Source of the DNA: an uncultured Pelagibacteraceae bacterium
GTDB taxonomy: Bacteria; Pseudomonadota; Alphaproteobacteria; Pelagibacterales; AG-422-B15
DNA: 64,000 nt
Reading direction: 5' to 3'
NCBI GenBank assembly: GCA_902589175.1
Contig: CACIRX010000001.1
Location: forward strand, 516-64,515
In this document: piece by piece, positions 27,688 to 40,665 of the stretch
Layout: every line of letters begins with the position of its first letter
Position numbering within the stretch: the first letter of the stretch is position 1
Notes under the pieces: generated by a model
Told to the model about the DNA's origin: nothing
The model's input: only the letters and a program-made list of their open reading frames with translations
Database searches by the model: none
Position numbers and translations under genes: made by a program

Positions 27688-28092
27688 GTGACACGCAACA
27701 CTAGATCGAAACCATTCAGTGAAATCAACGTAACACCTTTCGTTGATGTAATGCTGGTTTTATTAATCATTTTTATGGTAACCGCTCCTTTGTTAACAGT
27801 GGGAGTTCAGGTTGACTTACCTGAAACAAATGCAGATACTTTACAATCTGACAATGAACCGCTTGAAGTAACAATTGATGCAAGCGGTAATATATTCATT
27901 CAAGAAACAGAGATAGGCATTTCTGAACTAGTTCCAAAAATGAAAGCAATAACAGAAAATAGACTTGATACAAAAATTTATGTTAGAGGAGATGAAGCAA
28001 TTGATTATGGACAGATAATGATGGTTTTAGGAGAGCTGTCTGGTTCTGGTTTTACAAAGGTTGCTTTGATTACTAAGCCATTAAGTAAATAA
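27688..28092 (+). CDS. tolR: Tol-Pal system protein TolR (ExbD/TolR family)
   Basis: GTG start. Contains EINVTPFVDVMLVLLIIFMVTAP and a periplasmic domain. Confidence 0.88.
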   Translation: MTRNTRSKPFSEINVTPFVDVMLVLLIIFMVTAPLLTVGVQVDLPETNADTLQSDNEPLEVTIDASGNIFIQETEIGISELVPKMKAITENRLDTKIYVRGDEAIDYGQIMMVLGELSGSGFTKVALITKPLSK

Positions 28093-28108
28093 TTAATGCT
28101 ATTTATAT

Positions 28109-28921
28109 ATGAGAGTTTCTGTTTTAGGGTCAATATTTCTACACGTTTTTATACTTTTATTTACGGTCTTATCTTTGCCATTATTTAATAATAATGATTT
28201 GGAAATGCCACCAGTTATACAAGTTGAATTAATAGAAATCGCAGAAAAAACAAATGTCCCACAAATTAGTAAAAAAATAGAAGAACAAAAAGAACCAGTT
28301 GAAAAAAAGAAGGAAGAAACAAAATTAAACCAGCCAATTAGTAAACCCAAAGATGAAAAATCCAACGAAAAAGTAAAAGATCCAAGCGATGAAGAAAAAA
28401 TTGAAAAGACAAAATTAGAAGAAAAAATGATACAAAACATGCCTGTACGAAAACCTGAAGTTAAGAAAAAAGACAAATTCGATCCTCTTAAATTAGCCGA
28501 GTTAATCGATAAACAAAAAGACACAAAAATGGATAATCCAGCAGAAATTATAGAAAAAGATTATGAAGCATTAGACTCAACACCTAGTCTCGATAAACGA
28601 CTTACTTTATCTGAGGAGGATGCTATCAGAGCTCAATTTATGCAATGCTGGAGTATACCTCTAGGAATTCCATATGATGATACAATGATTGTTAAAATTA
28701 AAATTTACTTAAATACAGATGGTTCTTTGCTTAAACCACCGGAGGTTGTTCAACACGAAAGGATGAATAAGCCTAGCGAAAAGTATTTTAGAACTCTTGC
28801 TGAAAGTGCCCTTAGAGCAGTAAGACGTTGTGATCCAATAAAAGTTCCAGATGTTGAAAGATATGACAACTGGAAAAATTTACAGTTGAATTTTGATCCT
28901 AGAGAGATACTAAGAGGATAA
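28109..28921 (+). CDS. tolA: TolA-like cell-envelope integrity protein
   Basis: Has an N-terminal anchor, a long K/E-rich linker and a TonB_C-like C-terminal domain. It sits between tolR and tolB. Confidence 0.75.
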   Translation: MRVSVLGSIFLHVFILLFTVLSLPLFNNNDLEMPPVIQVELIEIAEKTNVPQISKKIEEQKEPVEKKKEETKLNQPISKPKDEKSNEKVKDPSDEEKIEKTKLEEKMIQNMPVRKPEVKKKDKFDPLKLAELIDKQKDTKMDNPAEIIEKDYEALDSTPSLDKRLTLSEEDAIRAQFMQCWSIPLGIPYDDTMIVKIKIYLNTDGSLLKPPEVVQHERMNKPSEKYFRTLAESALRAVRRCDPIKVPDVERYDNWKNLQLNFDPREILRG

Positions 28922-28927
28922 TTTATT

Positions 28928-30250
28928 ATGAAAAAAATACTTTTATACATCGTACTAGCTCTTCATTTTTCATCTATTTCATTTGCTATTATTGAAATTG
29001 ATATTACTGAAGGTAATAGAGAGCCTCTACCAATTGCTATTACTGAATTTTTTCATGACACAGACAGTATTCTGAATGACCAAAATATACCATCGAGTAT
29101 CCGTAAAGTTATAGCTGATGACTTAGAGAGAAGTGGATTATTTTTATCTGTAGATGAAAATGCATTTATTCAAAAAAATAGAGCAATGCATTTAAATCCA
29201 CGTTTTGCAGATTGGAGATTGATAAAGGCTCAGGGCCTATTAACAGGGGAACTATCTATTGAAAATGAACGGCTTCGAGTAGAGTTCAGACTTTGGGATA
29301 CACTAGCAGAAAAGGAAATCGAGGGGCTTGTCTTAATTACGACAATTGAAAATTGGAGGAGAATTAGTCACATGATTGCAGATAAGATTTATGAGCGCCT
29401 AACTGGTGAGCAAGGCTACTTCGATACCAGAATAGTTTATGTCGCTGAAGAAGGACCAAAAAATAAACGTATTAAGAAACTTGCGATAATGGACCAGGAC
29501 GGAGCAAATCATAAATTTTTGACTACAGGTAAAGAACTTGTTTTGACTCCAAGATTTAATCCAGTAAGACAAGAGATTACCTATTTATCTTATTTTAAAA
29601 ATCTTCCGCGAGTATATTTATTAAACATCCAAACAGGTATTCAAGAAGTGGTAGGAGACTTTCCTGGTATGACATTCGCACCACGTTTTTCTCCAGATGG
29701 AAATAAGATCATCATGAGTTTAGCTAGAGAAGGTAATTCTGACATATATGTAATGGATTTAGTTTCTAGAGTAGTTGAAAGGTTAACAGACAGCCCCGCA
29801 ATTGATACATCGCCAAGTTATTCTCCAGATGGAAAAAGAATTACATTCAACTCTGATAGAGGTGGATCGCAACAAATTTATGTAATGGATAGTAATGGCA
29901 GAAACCAAAAAAGAATTTCTAAAGGAACAGGCAATTATGCTACACCTGTATGGTCACCAAGAGGTGATCTTATTGCTTTTACAAAAAATTTTCAGGGACA
30001 ATATTTTATTGGAGTTATGAGAACAGATGGAACTGGGGAGAGACTTTTAACAGAAAATTGGTATCAAGAGGCTCCTTCTTGGTCATCTAATGGAAGAGTC
30101 TTGATATTTTATAGAGAAACTAAGTCTAATGATGCAGGTCAGGGCCATTCCTCAGCAATCTGGTCAATTGACTTAACAGGTTTTAATGAAAGAAAGCTTG
30201 AAACCCCAGTTGATGCGTCAGACCCATCATGGTCGAAATTGATACAATAA
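28928..30250 (+). CDS. tolB: Tol-Pal system beta-propeller protein TolB
   Basis: Has a signal peptide and repeated PRFSPDG / PSYSPDG / PVWSPRG / PSWSSNG propeller blades. Confidence 0.93.
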   Translation: MKKILLYIVLALHFSSISFAIIEIDITEGNREPLPIAITEFFHDTDSILNDQNIPSSIRKVIADDLERSGLFLSVDENAFIQKNRAMHLNPRFADWRLIKAQGLLTGELSIENERLRVEFRLWDTLAEKEIEGLVLITTIENWRRISHMIADKIYERLTGEQGYFDTRIVYVAEEGPKNKRIKKLAIMDQDGANHKFLTTGKELVLTPRFNPVRQEITYLSYFKNLPRVYLLNIQTGIQEVVGDFPGMTFAPRFSPDGNKIIMSLAREGNSDIYVMDLVSRVVERLTDSPAIDTSPSYSPDGKRITFNSDRGGSQQIYVMDSNGRNQKRISKGTGNYATPVWSPRGDLIAFTKNFQGQYFIGVMRTDGTGERLLTENWYQEAPSWSSNGRVLIFYRETKSNDAGQGHSSAIWSIDLTGFNERKLETPVDASDPSWSKLIQ

Positions 30251-30260
30251 GCAAAATTTC

Positions 30261-30284
30261 GACTAAAATAGGACAATTTTAGTC
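30261..30284 (+). promoter_or_regulatory. Intercistronic hairpin between tolB and pal
   Basis: A perfect 9-bp inverted repeat GACTAAAAT / ATTTTAGTC with a 6-nt loop AGGACA. No T-run follows. Confidence 0.45.
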
Positions 30285-30368
30285 AATTCGCGGCTATTTT
30301 ATTATAGACTTGCGTAACTTAAATTAATAAAGTACTAGGACTTGGGCGATCAAATATTACGGGAGTTT

Positions 30369-30887
30369 ATGATGTTACTAACATTAAAAAATTTAAATAG
30401 ATTTTTAATACTATCTTTTGCAGCACTTACATTAGCTGCATGTACTACAACACCGCAAGATACTGCATCTACATCATCATCAAGTTCAGCTTCTAAAGTT
30501 GAAGTTGTAGACGGAGTTTATGTTGGTACTGATACAGTAGAAATGCTTGCTGTTGATGTGCCAGACAGAGTATTCTTTGCATACGACAGTTATTCACTTA
30601 CAAGCGCAGCCCAAGCAACTTTAGCTAAACAAGCAAAATGGCTAAAGGCAAATGGATCAGTAACCATTGCTATTGAAGGACATGCTGATGAAAGGGGTAC
30701 AAGAGAATATAACTTAGCCCTAGGTGATAGAAGAGCAAATGCAGCTAAAGATTATTTAATGACGCAAGGCATAAGCGCTAGTCGAATTACTACCATCAGT
30801 TTTGGTAAGGAAAGACCAGTTAACAGTGCGTCTAATAATAAAGCATGGGCTCAAAATAGACGTTCTGTAACAGTAAGAACTAACTAA
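30369..30887 (+). CDS. pal: Peptidoglycan-associated lipoprotein Pal (OmpA family)
   Basis: Has the lipobox LTLAAC and the OmpA-like block IEGHADERGTREYNLALGDRRANA. The start is at ATG 30369 or 30372, with a GGGAG Shine-Dalgarno at 30361. Confidence 0.92.
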   Translation: MMLLTLKNLNRFLILSFAALTLAACTTTPQDTASTSSSSSASKVEVVDGVYVGTDTVEMLAVDVPDRVFFAYDSYSLTSAAQATLAKQAKWLKANGSVTIAIEGHADERGTREYNLALGDRRANAAKDYLMTQGISASRITTISFGKERPVNSASNNKAWAQNRRSVTVRTN

Positions 30888-30922
30888 TTTACAAGACGCC
30901 TTTTTTTAGACAAAAAGATAAG

Positions 30923-30946
30923 CTTAATCTTTTAATTAAGATTAAG
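30923..30946 (+). promoter_or_regulatory. Intercistronic hairpin between pal and cpoB
   Basis: A perfect 9-bp inverted repeat CTTAATCTT / AAGATTAAG with loop TTAATT. It ends 1 nt before the TTG at 30948 and 13 nt before the ATG at 30960. Confidence 0.4.
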
Positions 30947-30959
30947 TTTGATTAATGTA

Positions 30960-31994
30960 ATGCTCAGAAGAATTCAATTTATTTTTTTTTTAATTCACAT
31001 CTCTTTAGTACAGATTGTTCATGTTCAATCAGAAGAACTAGATGTAGATCAGTTGTTACAAAAATTGGACTCTATTGAAAGCAGAATCAAGGTTCTTGAA
31101 AAGGCAACATTTAGCAAAACAACTTCTAATGCTGATAATAATGTTAGTCTTGATGATTACCAATCAATAATAACAAAACAATCTATTCAGATAGCTGAAT
31201 TACAAAATGAAGTTCAATCACTGACAGCAAAAATTGAAGAAATGATATTTACGATGCAATCTACAGTGAATAATTTTAATACATTTAGAGAAGATACAGA
31301 ATTTAGGTTTATCGATATAAATTCTAAAACTGAAAGTATAGAAAAAAATCAATTATCTATGACGTTACCCAATAATGAAACACAAACTAATACCCTAGTA
31401 GGTAACGCTGGTGAGGAATTAACTTTAGAACCCCAGTCTCTTGGAACAATAAATGTGTCTTCAGGAGAGGAGCTGTCTGCTTCTCCATTTGAAATCAAAA
31501 ATGTTGATGAAGAGGAAGAGCAAGAAATAATAAATACTATTTCTCAAGATAATATTGTTGCTTTTGAAGAACAAGAAATTGTACTAGCGGTACTGCCTGA
31601 AGGAGATGAAAAAGGTCAATATGAGTACGCAATGGGTATTCTAAAGCAAGGTGACTATGAACTTGCTGAAAAAGCATTTCAAGAGTTTATGACTGTCGGT
31701 AACGATTCCAGCCTTTTAAGTAATGCAAACTTTTGGCTAGCAGAAACTTATTATGTTAGAGAAAATTATAAAGACGCAGCTAAAAATTATCTAAGCCTAT
31801 ACCAAGTTTATCCAGACTCAAAGAAAGCCGCAGATGCACTTTTAAAACTCGGAATATCCTTGATTAATATGGACCAAAAGGAACAAGGGTGTGTAACTTT
31901 TATACAATTAAAAGATACCTATCCAAACGCAAATACTGCTGTATTAGACAGGGGTAAATTAGAAATCGAAAAAAATGGCTGTGAAATTAGTTAA
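30960..31994 (+). CDS. cpoB: Tol-Pal system protein CpoB/YbgF (coiled coil + TPR)
   Basis: Has a signal peptide, a long coiled coil, an acidic linker and a C-terminal TPR block (NFWLAETYYVRENYKDAAKNY, KAADALLKLGISL). The start is ATG 30960 or TTG 30948. Confidence 0.85.
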   Translation: MLRRIQFIFFLIHISLVQIVHVQSEELDVDQLLQKLDSIESRIKVLEKATFSKTTSNADNNVSLDDYQSIITKQSIQIAELQNEVQSLTAKIEEMIFTMQSTVNNFNTFREDTEFRFIDINSKTESIEKNQLSMTLPNNETQTNTLVGNAGEELTLEPQSLGTINVSSGEELSASPFEIKNVDEEEEQEIINTISQDNIVAFEEQEIVLAVLPEGDEKGQYEYAMGILKQGDYELAEKAFQEFMTVGNDSSLLSNANFWLAETYYVRENYKDAAKNYLSLYQVYPDSKKAADALLKLGISLINMDQKEQGCVTFIQLKDTYPNANTAVLDRGKLEIEKNGCEIS

Positions 31995-33060
31995 GCCAAT
32001 TAATCATAAAAAAGTCGTAAAAATAACTAATCAAGATTTCGAAGCAAAGATGAGAGAACTTCGAGTTAATTCAGATATTGCAGTTGCAGTTTCTGGTGGT
32101 CCAGATAGTTTAGCACTCATGCATTTGTCTAATAGATATGCATTAAATAATAATATAAATTTAACTGTATTAAGTATTGATCATGGAATTAGAGCAGAGT
32201 CATCGAAAGAAATTGTATGGTTAGAAAAAATTTCAAAAAAGAATAAAATTAATTTCTACTCAATAAAATTAAAAAAAAAGATCAACAGTTCTAATACCCT
32301 CTCCAAGGCAAGGACACTTCGATATGAGGCCTTATCAAAATATTGTAACAAGAAAAAAATAAAATTCTTATTAACAGCCCATCATCTTGATGACGAAATA
32401 GAAAATTTTTTAATGAGACTAATAAGGGGCAGTGGAATTAAAGGACTTTCATCATTGAAAGTTAAATCTAGATATAAGAATACAAAATTAATTTTAGTTA
32501 GGCCACTACTCGAGTATTCAAAAAAATCTCTTATCGCATATTTATCAGAGCAAAAGCAAACTTATATAAACGACAGAACAAATTATAATAATAAGTACGA
32601 TAGGTCCCGTATTCGAAAGCTATCTCAACAATTAATAAATGAAGGTCTTAGTAAAGTTAGGTTTAAAAATGTTTTAAAGAATTTAAAAAATGCAGATAAC
32701 GCAATTAATACAGCAGTTAGTAATTACTTGGAAGAACAAGTTAAACTTAATGAAAAGAAAATTATTAGTTTTAGGTCTAAGGAATTTATAAACTTACCCG
32801 AAGAAATTCAGCATAGAGTACTTGTAAAACTGTGTAGATTTGCTGGAAAAAGCAATAAAGTACCTAGATCACGATCAATACAAGAATTGATAAATTCAAT
32901 TGTTAAAGAAAAAAGTTTTAAGCGTACCTTAAATAGCTGTATATTTGTTGGTAAGAAGGGAGTTGTAAATATTCAGTCTGAGAGCAATATAGCTAAACCT
33001 TATAAGACTGAAAATTTGGCTATTTCTAAAAATTGGTCAAAATCTATCGAGCATTACTAG
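31975..33060 (+). CDS. tilS: tRNA(Ile)-lysidine synthetase
   Basis: Has the PP-loop AVAVSGGPDSLAL and TAHHLDDEIENFLMRL. The start is uncertain: ATG 31975 overlaps cpoB by 20 nt, and the alternative is ATG 32050 (MRELRV). Confidence 0.85.
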   Translation: MAVKLVKPINHKKVVKITNQDFEAKMRELRVNSDIAVAVSGGPDSLALMHLSNRYALNNNINLTVLSIDHGIRAESSKEIVWLEKISKKNKINFYSIKLKKKINSSNTLSKARTLRYEALSKYCNKKKIKFLLTAHHLDDEIENFLMRLIRGSGIKGLSSLKVKSRYKNTKLILVRPLLEYSKKSLIAYLSEQKQTYINDRTNYNNKYDRSRIRKLSQQLINEGLSKVRFKNVLKNLKNADNAINTAVSNYLEEQVKLNEKKIISFRSKEFINLPEEIQHRVLVKLCRFAGKSNKVPRSRSIQELINSIVKEKSFKRTLNSCIFVGKKGVVNIQSESNIAKPYKTENLAISKNWSKSIEHY

Positions 33061-33152
33061 ACTAAGCTATTGAATATAAAGTTAAATTTTATTGATATAT
33101 TTTCTTGTATGCTAAAAAATAGTAATTATCTAATAATATCAATATCTTTATT

Positions 33153-35066
33153 ATGATGAATTTACGAAATATAGTTCTTTGGCTATTTATTGCTTTAATC
33201 GTTTTTGGACTTTTTAATTTATTTAGCAATACCAGCGGTGATAGAAACACAGTCGATTTAACATATTCTCAATTTTTAGATGAAGTTGAAGCTGGCTCAA
33301 TCAAAGATGTTATTATACGAGGTAATAATATCAACGGAGCTTATGAAGATGGCAGATCTTTTAAAACCTATGCTGCTAATGACCCAACGCTCGTTGATAG
33401 ACTTAATAATAGAGGTGTAAACATTTCAGCTGCACCACTAGACGACGGCTATCCTTCACTTCTTGGAGTTCTAATTTCTTGGTTCCCAATGCTTTTACTT
33501 ATTGGTGTATGGATTTTTTTCATGCGTCAGATGCAAGGCGGAAGAGGCGGAGCAATGGGATTTGGGAGATCTAAGGCCAAACTACTAACTGAAAATAAAA
33601 ATAAAGTTACTTTTAATGATGTGGCTGGAATAGATGAAGCTAAAGAAGAGCTTGTTGAAATTGTTGAATTTTTAAAAGATCCTAGAAAATTTCAAAAACT
33701 TGGCGGCAGAATTCCAAAAGGCGCCCTACTAATTGGTCCTCCAGGAACGGGAAAGACCTTACTAGCTAGAGCAGTAGCGGGAGAGGCCGGTGTGCCGTTC
33801 TTTACAATCTCGGGTTCTGATTTTGTTGAAATGTTTGTTGGTGTTGGAGCATCTCGAGTTAGGGATATGTTCGAGCAGGGAAGAAGAAATGCGCCATGTA
33901 TAATTTTCATTGATGAAATTGATGCTGTTGGTAGAAGCCGTGGAGCAGGCCTTGGTGGTGGTAATGATGAGAGAGAACAAACACTGAATCAGATTTTAGT
34001 TGAGATGGACGGATTTGATACTCAGGAAGGTATTATTTTGGTTGCCGCGACTAACAGACCAGATGTACTTGATCCGGCTCTATTAAGACCAGGTCGTTTT
34101 GACAGGCAGGTTGTTGTCCCTAATCCAGATATCTTAGGCAGAGAAGCAATTCTGAAGGTTCATATTAAAAAGATCTCTGTTGCGCCTGATGTTGATATTA
34201 GAACAATAGCAAGGGGAACACCCGGTTTTTCTGGTGCAGATCTAGCTAACATTGTTAATGAAGCAGCATTGTTAGCAGCAAGAAAAAATAAGAAAATTGT
34301 TACTATGGTAGATTTTGAGGAAGCAAAAGACAAAGTAATGATGGGGTCAGAAAGAAGATCTCTTGTTATGAGTCAAGAAGAAAAAGAACTTACCGCTTAC
34401 CACGAAGGTGGTCACGCTGTTGTTGCATTAAATCAATCCGCTTCAGATCCAATACATAAAGCTACAATAATACCAAGAGGCAGAGCCCTTGGAATGGTAA
34501 TGAGGTTGCCCGAAAGAGACCAATTATCTTTACCTAGGGAAAAAATGTTAGCAGATATCACGGTTGCTATGGGCGGTAGAGTTGCTGAAGAAATAATCTT
34601 TGGTGACAAAAAAGTTACTTCCGGTGCTTCATCAGACATCGAAATGGCAACTAAGATGGCTAGAAATATGGTGACTAAATTTGGAATGAGCGAAAAATTA
34701 GGACCATTACAATATGGTGAAAATGAGGAAGAAGTATTTTTAGGAAGATCAGTACAAAGACATCAAAATGTGTCTGAAGAAACAGCTAAACTTATAGATT
34801 CAGAGATCAGGCAAATTGTTGATAGCTGTTATGATTTAGCAAAGAAAATTTTGAATGAAAAAATAGATGATTTGCATGCTCTTGCAAAAGGTTTAATTGA
34901 ATATGAAACTTTAAATGGAGACGAAATAACTACATTATTAAAAGAGGGTAAGATTGACAGATCAAATCCTGAAGAAGAGATTAATAATGCTGGACCATCT
35001 GTACCTAAAAGTGGTAAATCAGCTCCCGTTGGTCCTAGTTTCAAGCCTAAACCTCAAACAAGTTAA
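33153..35066 (+). CDS. ftsH: ATP-dependent zinc metalloprotease FtsH
   Basis: Has Walker [19 protein letters not shown], the SRH and the zinc site HEGGHA. Confidence 0.97.
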   Translation: MMNLRNIVLWLFIALIVFGLFNLFSNTSGDRNTVDLTYSQFLDEVEAGSIKDVIIRGNNINGAYEDGRSFKTYAANDPTLVDRLNNRGVNISAAPLDDGYPSLLGVLISWFPMLLLIGVWIFFMRQMQGGRGGAMGFGRSKAKLLTENKNKVTFNDVAGIDEAKEELVEIVEFLKDPRKFQKLGGRIPKGALLIGPPGTGKTLLARAVAGEAGVPFFTISGSDFVEMFVGVGASRVRDMFEQGRRNAPCIIFIDEIDAVGRSRGAGLGGGNDEREQTLNQILVEMDGFDTQEGIILVAATNRPDVLDPALLRPGRFDRQVVVPNPDILGREAILKVHIKKISVAPDVDIRTIARGTPGFSGADLANIVNEAALLAARKNKKIVTMVDFEEAKDKVMMGSERRSLVMSQEEKELTAYHEGGHAVVALNQSASDPIHKATIIPRGRALGMVMRLPERDQLSLPREKMLADITVAMGGRVAEEIIFGDKKVTSGASSDIEMATKMARNMVTKFGMSEKLGPLQYGENEEEVFLGRSVQRHQNVSEETAKLIDSEIRQIVDSCYDLAKKILNEKIDDLHALAKGLIEYETLNGDEITTLLKEGKIDRSNPEEEINNAGPSVPKSGKSAPVGPSFKPKPQTS

Positions 35067-35075
35067 CTAATTACA

Positions 35076-36131
35076 GTGTCCCTTGTGCGTAATTCGAATA
35101 GATATTACGTACGACCAATATTTAGTAAAATAAAAACAAAAGATTCACTTTTTCTTGGGTCCTCCAGATTATTCTTTAATGAAATTGAATTGATAACAAG
35201 AGGTAAAACCAAGACTCTATCAAAGTTTTTGAAAATTAATGATATAAAGCATTTGGAACCTGATATTCAGAGAAATATAAATAAAAAAATTTCAAATATC
35301 ACAAAAAAAAGAAAAAAATTAGGAAATTTTAACTTTGAGCGATCACTTGTGATGGGTATTCTTAATGTAACACCTGATAGCTTTTTTGATGGAGGAAAAT
35401 ATTTATTACACGATAGTGCAATTGAGCAGTTTAAAAAACTAATTAAAGAAGGCGCAGATATCATTGATATTGGCGGAGAGTCAACAAGGCCTGGATCAAA
35501 AGGAATCAGAGTTAATGAGGAAATTAGCCGAATTATTCCAATAATTTCTCAAATCAGAAAAAAATATAAAAAAAAATTTATCTCGGTAGATACAAGAAAA
35601 TCTCAAGTTATGAAAGAAGCATGTAAGTTTGATATAAATCTAATAAATGATGTTTCAGGGCTAAGATTTGATAAAAATTCAAAAAAATTTTTAAACTCGA
35701 ATAATATTCCTTTTGTTTTAATGCATTCAATTTCAACTCCTGAAAAAATGCAAAAAACTATAAAGTACAAAGATGTACTTCTTGACGTTTATGATTTCTT
35801 TGAAAAGCAAATCAGTCTATGTGAGAAAATTGGCATATCTAAGAGCCGAATTATAATAGACCCTGGAATTGGTTTTGGTAAAACTTTGCAACAAAATTTG
35901 AAACTAATTTCAAACATCGCATTATTTCATTCCTTGGGCCTTCCTGTACTATTGGGAAGCTCTCGAAAAAGTTTTATTGGCAAGATTGAAAAAAATGAAT
36001 TATACGAAGATCGATTAGGTGGTTCAATAGCAACAGTTTTGCATGGATTAGCTGAAGGAGTTCAAATATTTAGGGTGCACGATGTTTATGCAACAAAACA
36101 ATCAATTAAGGTTTATTCTAAAATAAAATGA
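35076..36131 (+). CDS. folP: Dihydropteroate synthase (with about 90 aa of N-terminal extra sequence if GTG 35076 is the start)
   Basis: Contains MGILNVTPDSFFDGG, IIDIGGESTRPG, ISVDT, LINDVSG and RVHDV. No ATG lies between 35076 and the catalytic core, so the exact start is uncertain. Confidence 0.85.
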   Translation: MSLVRNSNRYYVRPIFSKIKTKDSLFLGSSRLFFNEIELITRGKTKTLSKFLKINDIKHLEPDIQRNINKKISNITKKRKKLGNFNFERSLVMGILNVTPDSFFDGGKYLLHDSAIEQFKKLIKEGADIIDIGGESTRPGSKGIRVNEEISRIIPIISQIRKKYKKKFISVDTRKSQVMKEACKFDINLINDVSGLRFDKNSKKFLNSNNIPFVLMHSISTPEKMQKTIKYKDVLLDVYDFFEKQISLCEKIGISKSRIIIDPGIGFGKTLQQNLKLISNIALFHSLGLPVLLGSSRKSFIGKIEKNELYEDRLGGSIATVLHGLAEGVQIFRVHDVYATKQSIKVYSKIK

Positions 36132-37459
36132 AAAAGTTTTTTGGAACAGATGGAGTAAGAGCAAGTTCAAATAGCCAAAAACTTAATGGCCTGACACTTA
36201 TGAAGCTTGGAATGGCACTAGGTAAACACTTTACTGTTGGAGAACATCGTCACAAGGTCGTTATTGGTAAAGATACAAGACTATCAGGATATATGATTGA
36301 ACAGGCATTAACCTCTGGATTATTATCTATGGGAATGGATGTCTTTCTTTTTGGGCCCATACCTACACCCGCAGTTGCAATGTTGACAAAATCTATGCGA
36401 GCAGACTTAGGGATAATGATAACTGCTTCACACAACCAATATCAAGATAATGGTATTAAAATATTTGATAAAAATGGAAATAAATTATCAGACGAAACTG
36501 AAATTGAAATAGAGTCTCTTATGGAGTCTGAATTGGAAAATTCATTAGCGGGTCCAGAAAATATAGGCAGAGCAAAAAGACTCGAAGATGCAAATGGAAG
36601 ATATATAGAGTTCTTAAAAGGTACTTTTCCTAAATCACAACGGCTTGATGGTCTTAAAATTGTAATAGATTGTGCAAATGGAGCTTCTTATATTTCTGCA
36701 CCTTTAATCTTATGGGAGCTTGGTGCAGAAGTTATCCAAGTAGCTACTCAACCAAATGGAACTAATATAAATTTCGAATGTGGGTCTACTAATACCAATA
36801 AACTTGCTAAAAAAGTATTAGAAGAGAAGGCTGATATTGGTATTGCCTTAGATGGCGATGGTGATCGATTAGCTGTTATTGATGAAAAAGGAAATTTAGT
36901 CAATGGCGACCAGATATTAGCATTACTAGCTATTGAAATGTCAAAAGATAAAAAATTAAGAAATAATAACGTAGTTGGTACTTCAATGGCAAACATGGGC
37001 CTAGAAATTCTGTTAAAGAAACATAACATTGGGTTAATCAGGGCAAAAGTTGGTGATCGATATGTAAAGGAAAAAATGATTGCTGAAGATTTAAATTTAG
37101 GCGGTGAACAATCTGGACACATAATTTTACGCGATTTTACTTCATCAGGAGATGGAATAGTAGTTGCTCTTCAAGTCCTATCTATCTTGAGTAGAAAAAA
37201 AGGAAAAGCCAGTGACTGCCTTCATTTATTTAGTCCTCTACCGCAGAACCTAATTAATTTTCCCGTAAAAGAAAGAAATATTTTAGATCACGAGGATACG
37301 AAGTTATTTATCAAATCTTGTGAAGAAAAAGTTTCAGAAGACGGAAGAATCGTTGTTAGAATGTCTGGTACTGAACCTCTTTTAAGAGTTATGATTGAAA
37401 GTGGAAATCAGCATACAATTGATGAATTAACTGAAAGCGTAACAAAATATTTTTCATAA
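36128..37459 (+). CDS. glmM: Phosphoglucosamine mutase
   Basis: Contains FGTDGVRA, the phosphoserine loop ITASHNQYQDNGIK, the metal loop DGDGDR and GGEQSGH. An ATGA overlap joins it to folP. Confidence 0.93.
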   Translation: MKKFFGTDGVRASSNSQKLNGLTLMKLGMALGKHFTVGEHRHKVVIGKDTRLSGYMIEQALTSGLLSMGMDVFLFGPIPTPAVAMLTKSMRADLGIMITASHNQYQDNGIKIFDKNGNKLSDETEIEIESLMESELENSLAGPENIGRAKRLEDANGRYIEFLKGTFPKSQRLDGLKIVIDCANGASYISAPLILWELGAEVIQVATQPNGTNINFECGSTNTNKLAKKVLEEKADIGIALDGDGDRLAVIDEKGNLVNGDQILALLAIEMSKDKKLRNNNVVGTSMANMGLEILLKKHNIGLIRAKVGDRYVKEKMIAEDLNLGGEQSGHIILRDFTSSGDGIVVALQVLSILSRKKGKASDCLHLFSPLPQNLINFPVKERNILDHEDTKLFIKSCEEKVSEDGRIVVRMSGTEPLLRVMIESGNQHTIDELTESVTKYFS

Positions 37460-37473
37460 AATAAAGGTATTAA

Positions 37474-39650
<2,177 letters not shown>

Positions 39651-39681
39651 GATATGGTTACTTTTTTCTAGAAATCAATGA

Positions 39682-40653
39682 TCAGCTTTTAATTGAATTT
39701 ACCAATTTGCTCAAGTAATCCGGCATAACAGACTGAAAATGAAGCATTTTTTCTTTTTTAGGATGAAGAAACCCAAGAGATTGCGCATGCAAAGCCTGTC
39801 CTGGCAACATTTTAATCGATTGAACCGTGCTTTCTGATAGTGATTTAAGTTTACTTTGAGGCGATCGCCCATAAGTACGATCTCCAATGAGTGGATTTCC
39901 CTTTTCTGTTAGATGAACTCTTATTTGATGAGTTCTTCCGGTTTCTAAGCGACATTCTAATACTGTGGCAACAATTTGATTTTTTTTGTTCTTTAAATTT
40001 TCTAGTGTCTTGTAATGAGTGATAGCAACCTTACCTCTACTCACAGAACTCATCATTTTTGTTCTATTCTTATTACTTCTTGATAAGAGTGACTTAATTT
40101 CTCCATTTGCTGGTGAGATTTTGTTCCAGCATACAGCAATATAAACTCTTTCGATAGAGTGAGCTGCAAATTGATCAGATAAATGTTTATGAGTGAAATC
40201 ATTTTTAGCTATTACAACCAGCCCGCTCGTATCTTTATCAATTCGATGGACTATTCCTGGCCTTTGAGCATCACCGACAAATTTAAATTCATCTCCACAA
40301 TGATTGATCAAAGCATTAACAATTGTACCTGTCTTATTTCCAGCACCGGGGTGCATTACAATGCCTGCAGGTTTATTGATAACAATTAAATCTTTATCTT
40401 CATAAACAATATTTAATTTTATGTTCTCACCAATTATTGGTGTCTCATTTGCTAATTGTATATTCACTGAAATATGATCGCCTAGTGAGATCTTATAATC
40501 AGGATCTACAATATTATTATTTACTGTAATATTTGAGGACTTTATTAATTGAATTATTTTAGATCTACTAAATTCTCTTAAATTTAAAGCAATATATTTG
40601 TCTATGCGTTGACCTACTTGCTTCTTATGGTTGACTTTGTATTGATAGAACAT
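39682..40653 (-). CDS. rluD: 23S rRNA pseudouridine synthase, RluD family
   Basis: Has an S4 domain, the catalytic HRIDKDTSG and GRTHQIRVH. ATG 40653 is preferred over TTG 40674. Confidence 0.88.
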   Translation of the reverse strand: MFYQYKVNHKKQVGQRIDKYIALNLREFSRSKIIQLIKSSNITVNNNIVDPDYKISLGDHISVNIQLANETPIIGENIKLNIVYEDKDLIVINKPAGIVMHPGAGNKTGTIVNALINHCGDEFKFVGDAQRPGIVHRIDKDTSGLVVIAKNDFTHKHLSDQFAAHSIERVYIAVCWNKISPANGEIKSLLSRSNKNRTKMMSSVSRGKVAITHYKTLENLKNKKNQIVATVLECRLETGRTHQIRVHLTEKGNPLIGDRTYGRSPQSKLKSLSESTVQSIKMLPGQALHAQSLGFLHPKKEKMLHFQSVMPDYLSKLVNSIKS

Positions 40654-40665
40654 TATGAGATAGCG

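Noticed and set aside
28099-28524. 141-aa minus-strand ORF (S/F-rich) opposite tolA
   Set aside because: It is the antisense reading of the K/E-rich (AAA/GAA) linker of TolA, a classic shadow ORF.
33109-33156. 15-codon upstream ORF ([15 protein letters not shown]) whose TGA overlaps the ftsH ATG
   Set aside because: Fifteen open codons in a 92-nt AT-rich spacer is well within chance expectation. No SD and no recognisable peptide features were seen.
35076-35350. About 90-aa N-terminal extension on dihydropteroate synthase
   Set aside because: It could be a real alphaproteobacterial-type N-terminal domain or simply an over-extended ORF from a GTG. No independent motif was recognised and I cannot fix the start without alignments.
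36748-37122. 124-aa minus-strand ORF inside glmM
   Set aside because: It lies antisense to a strongly supported glmM. No motifs were recognised.
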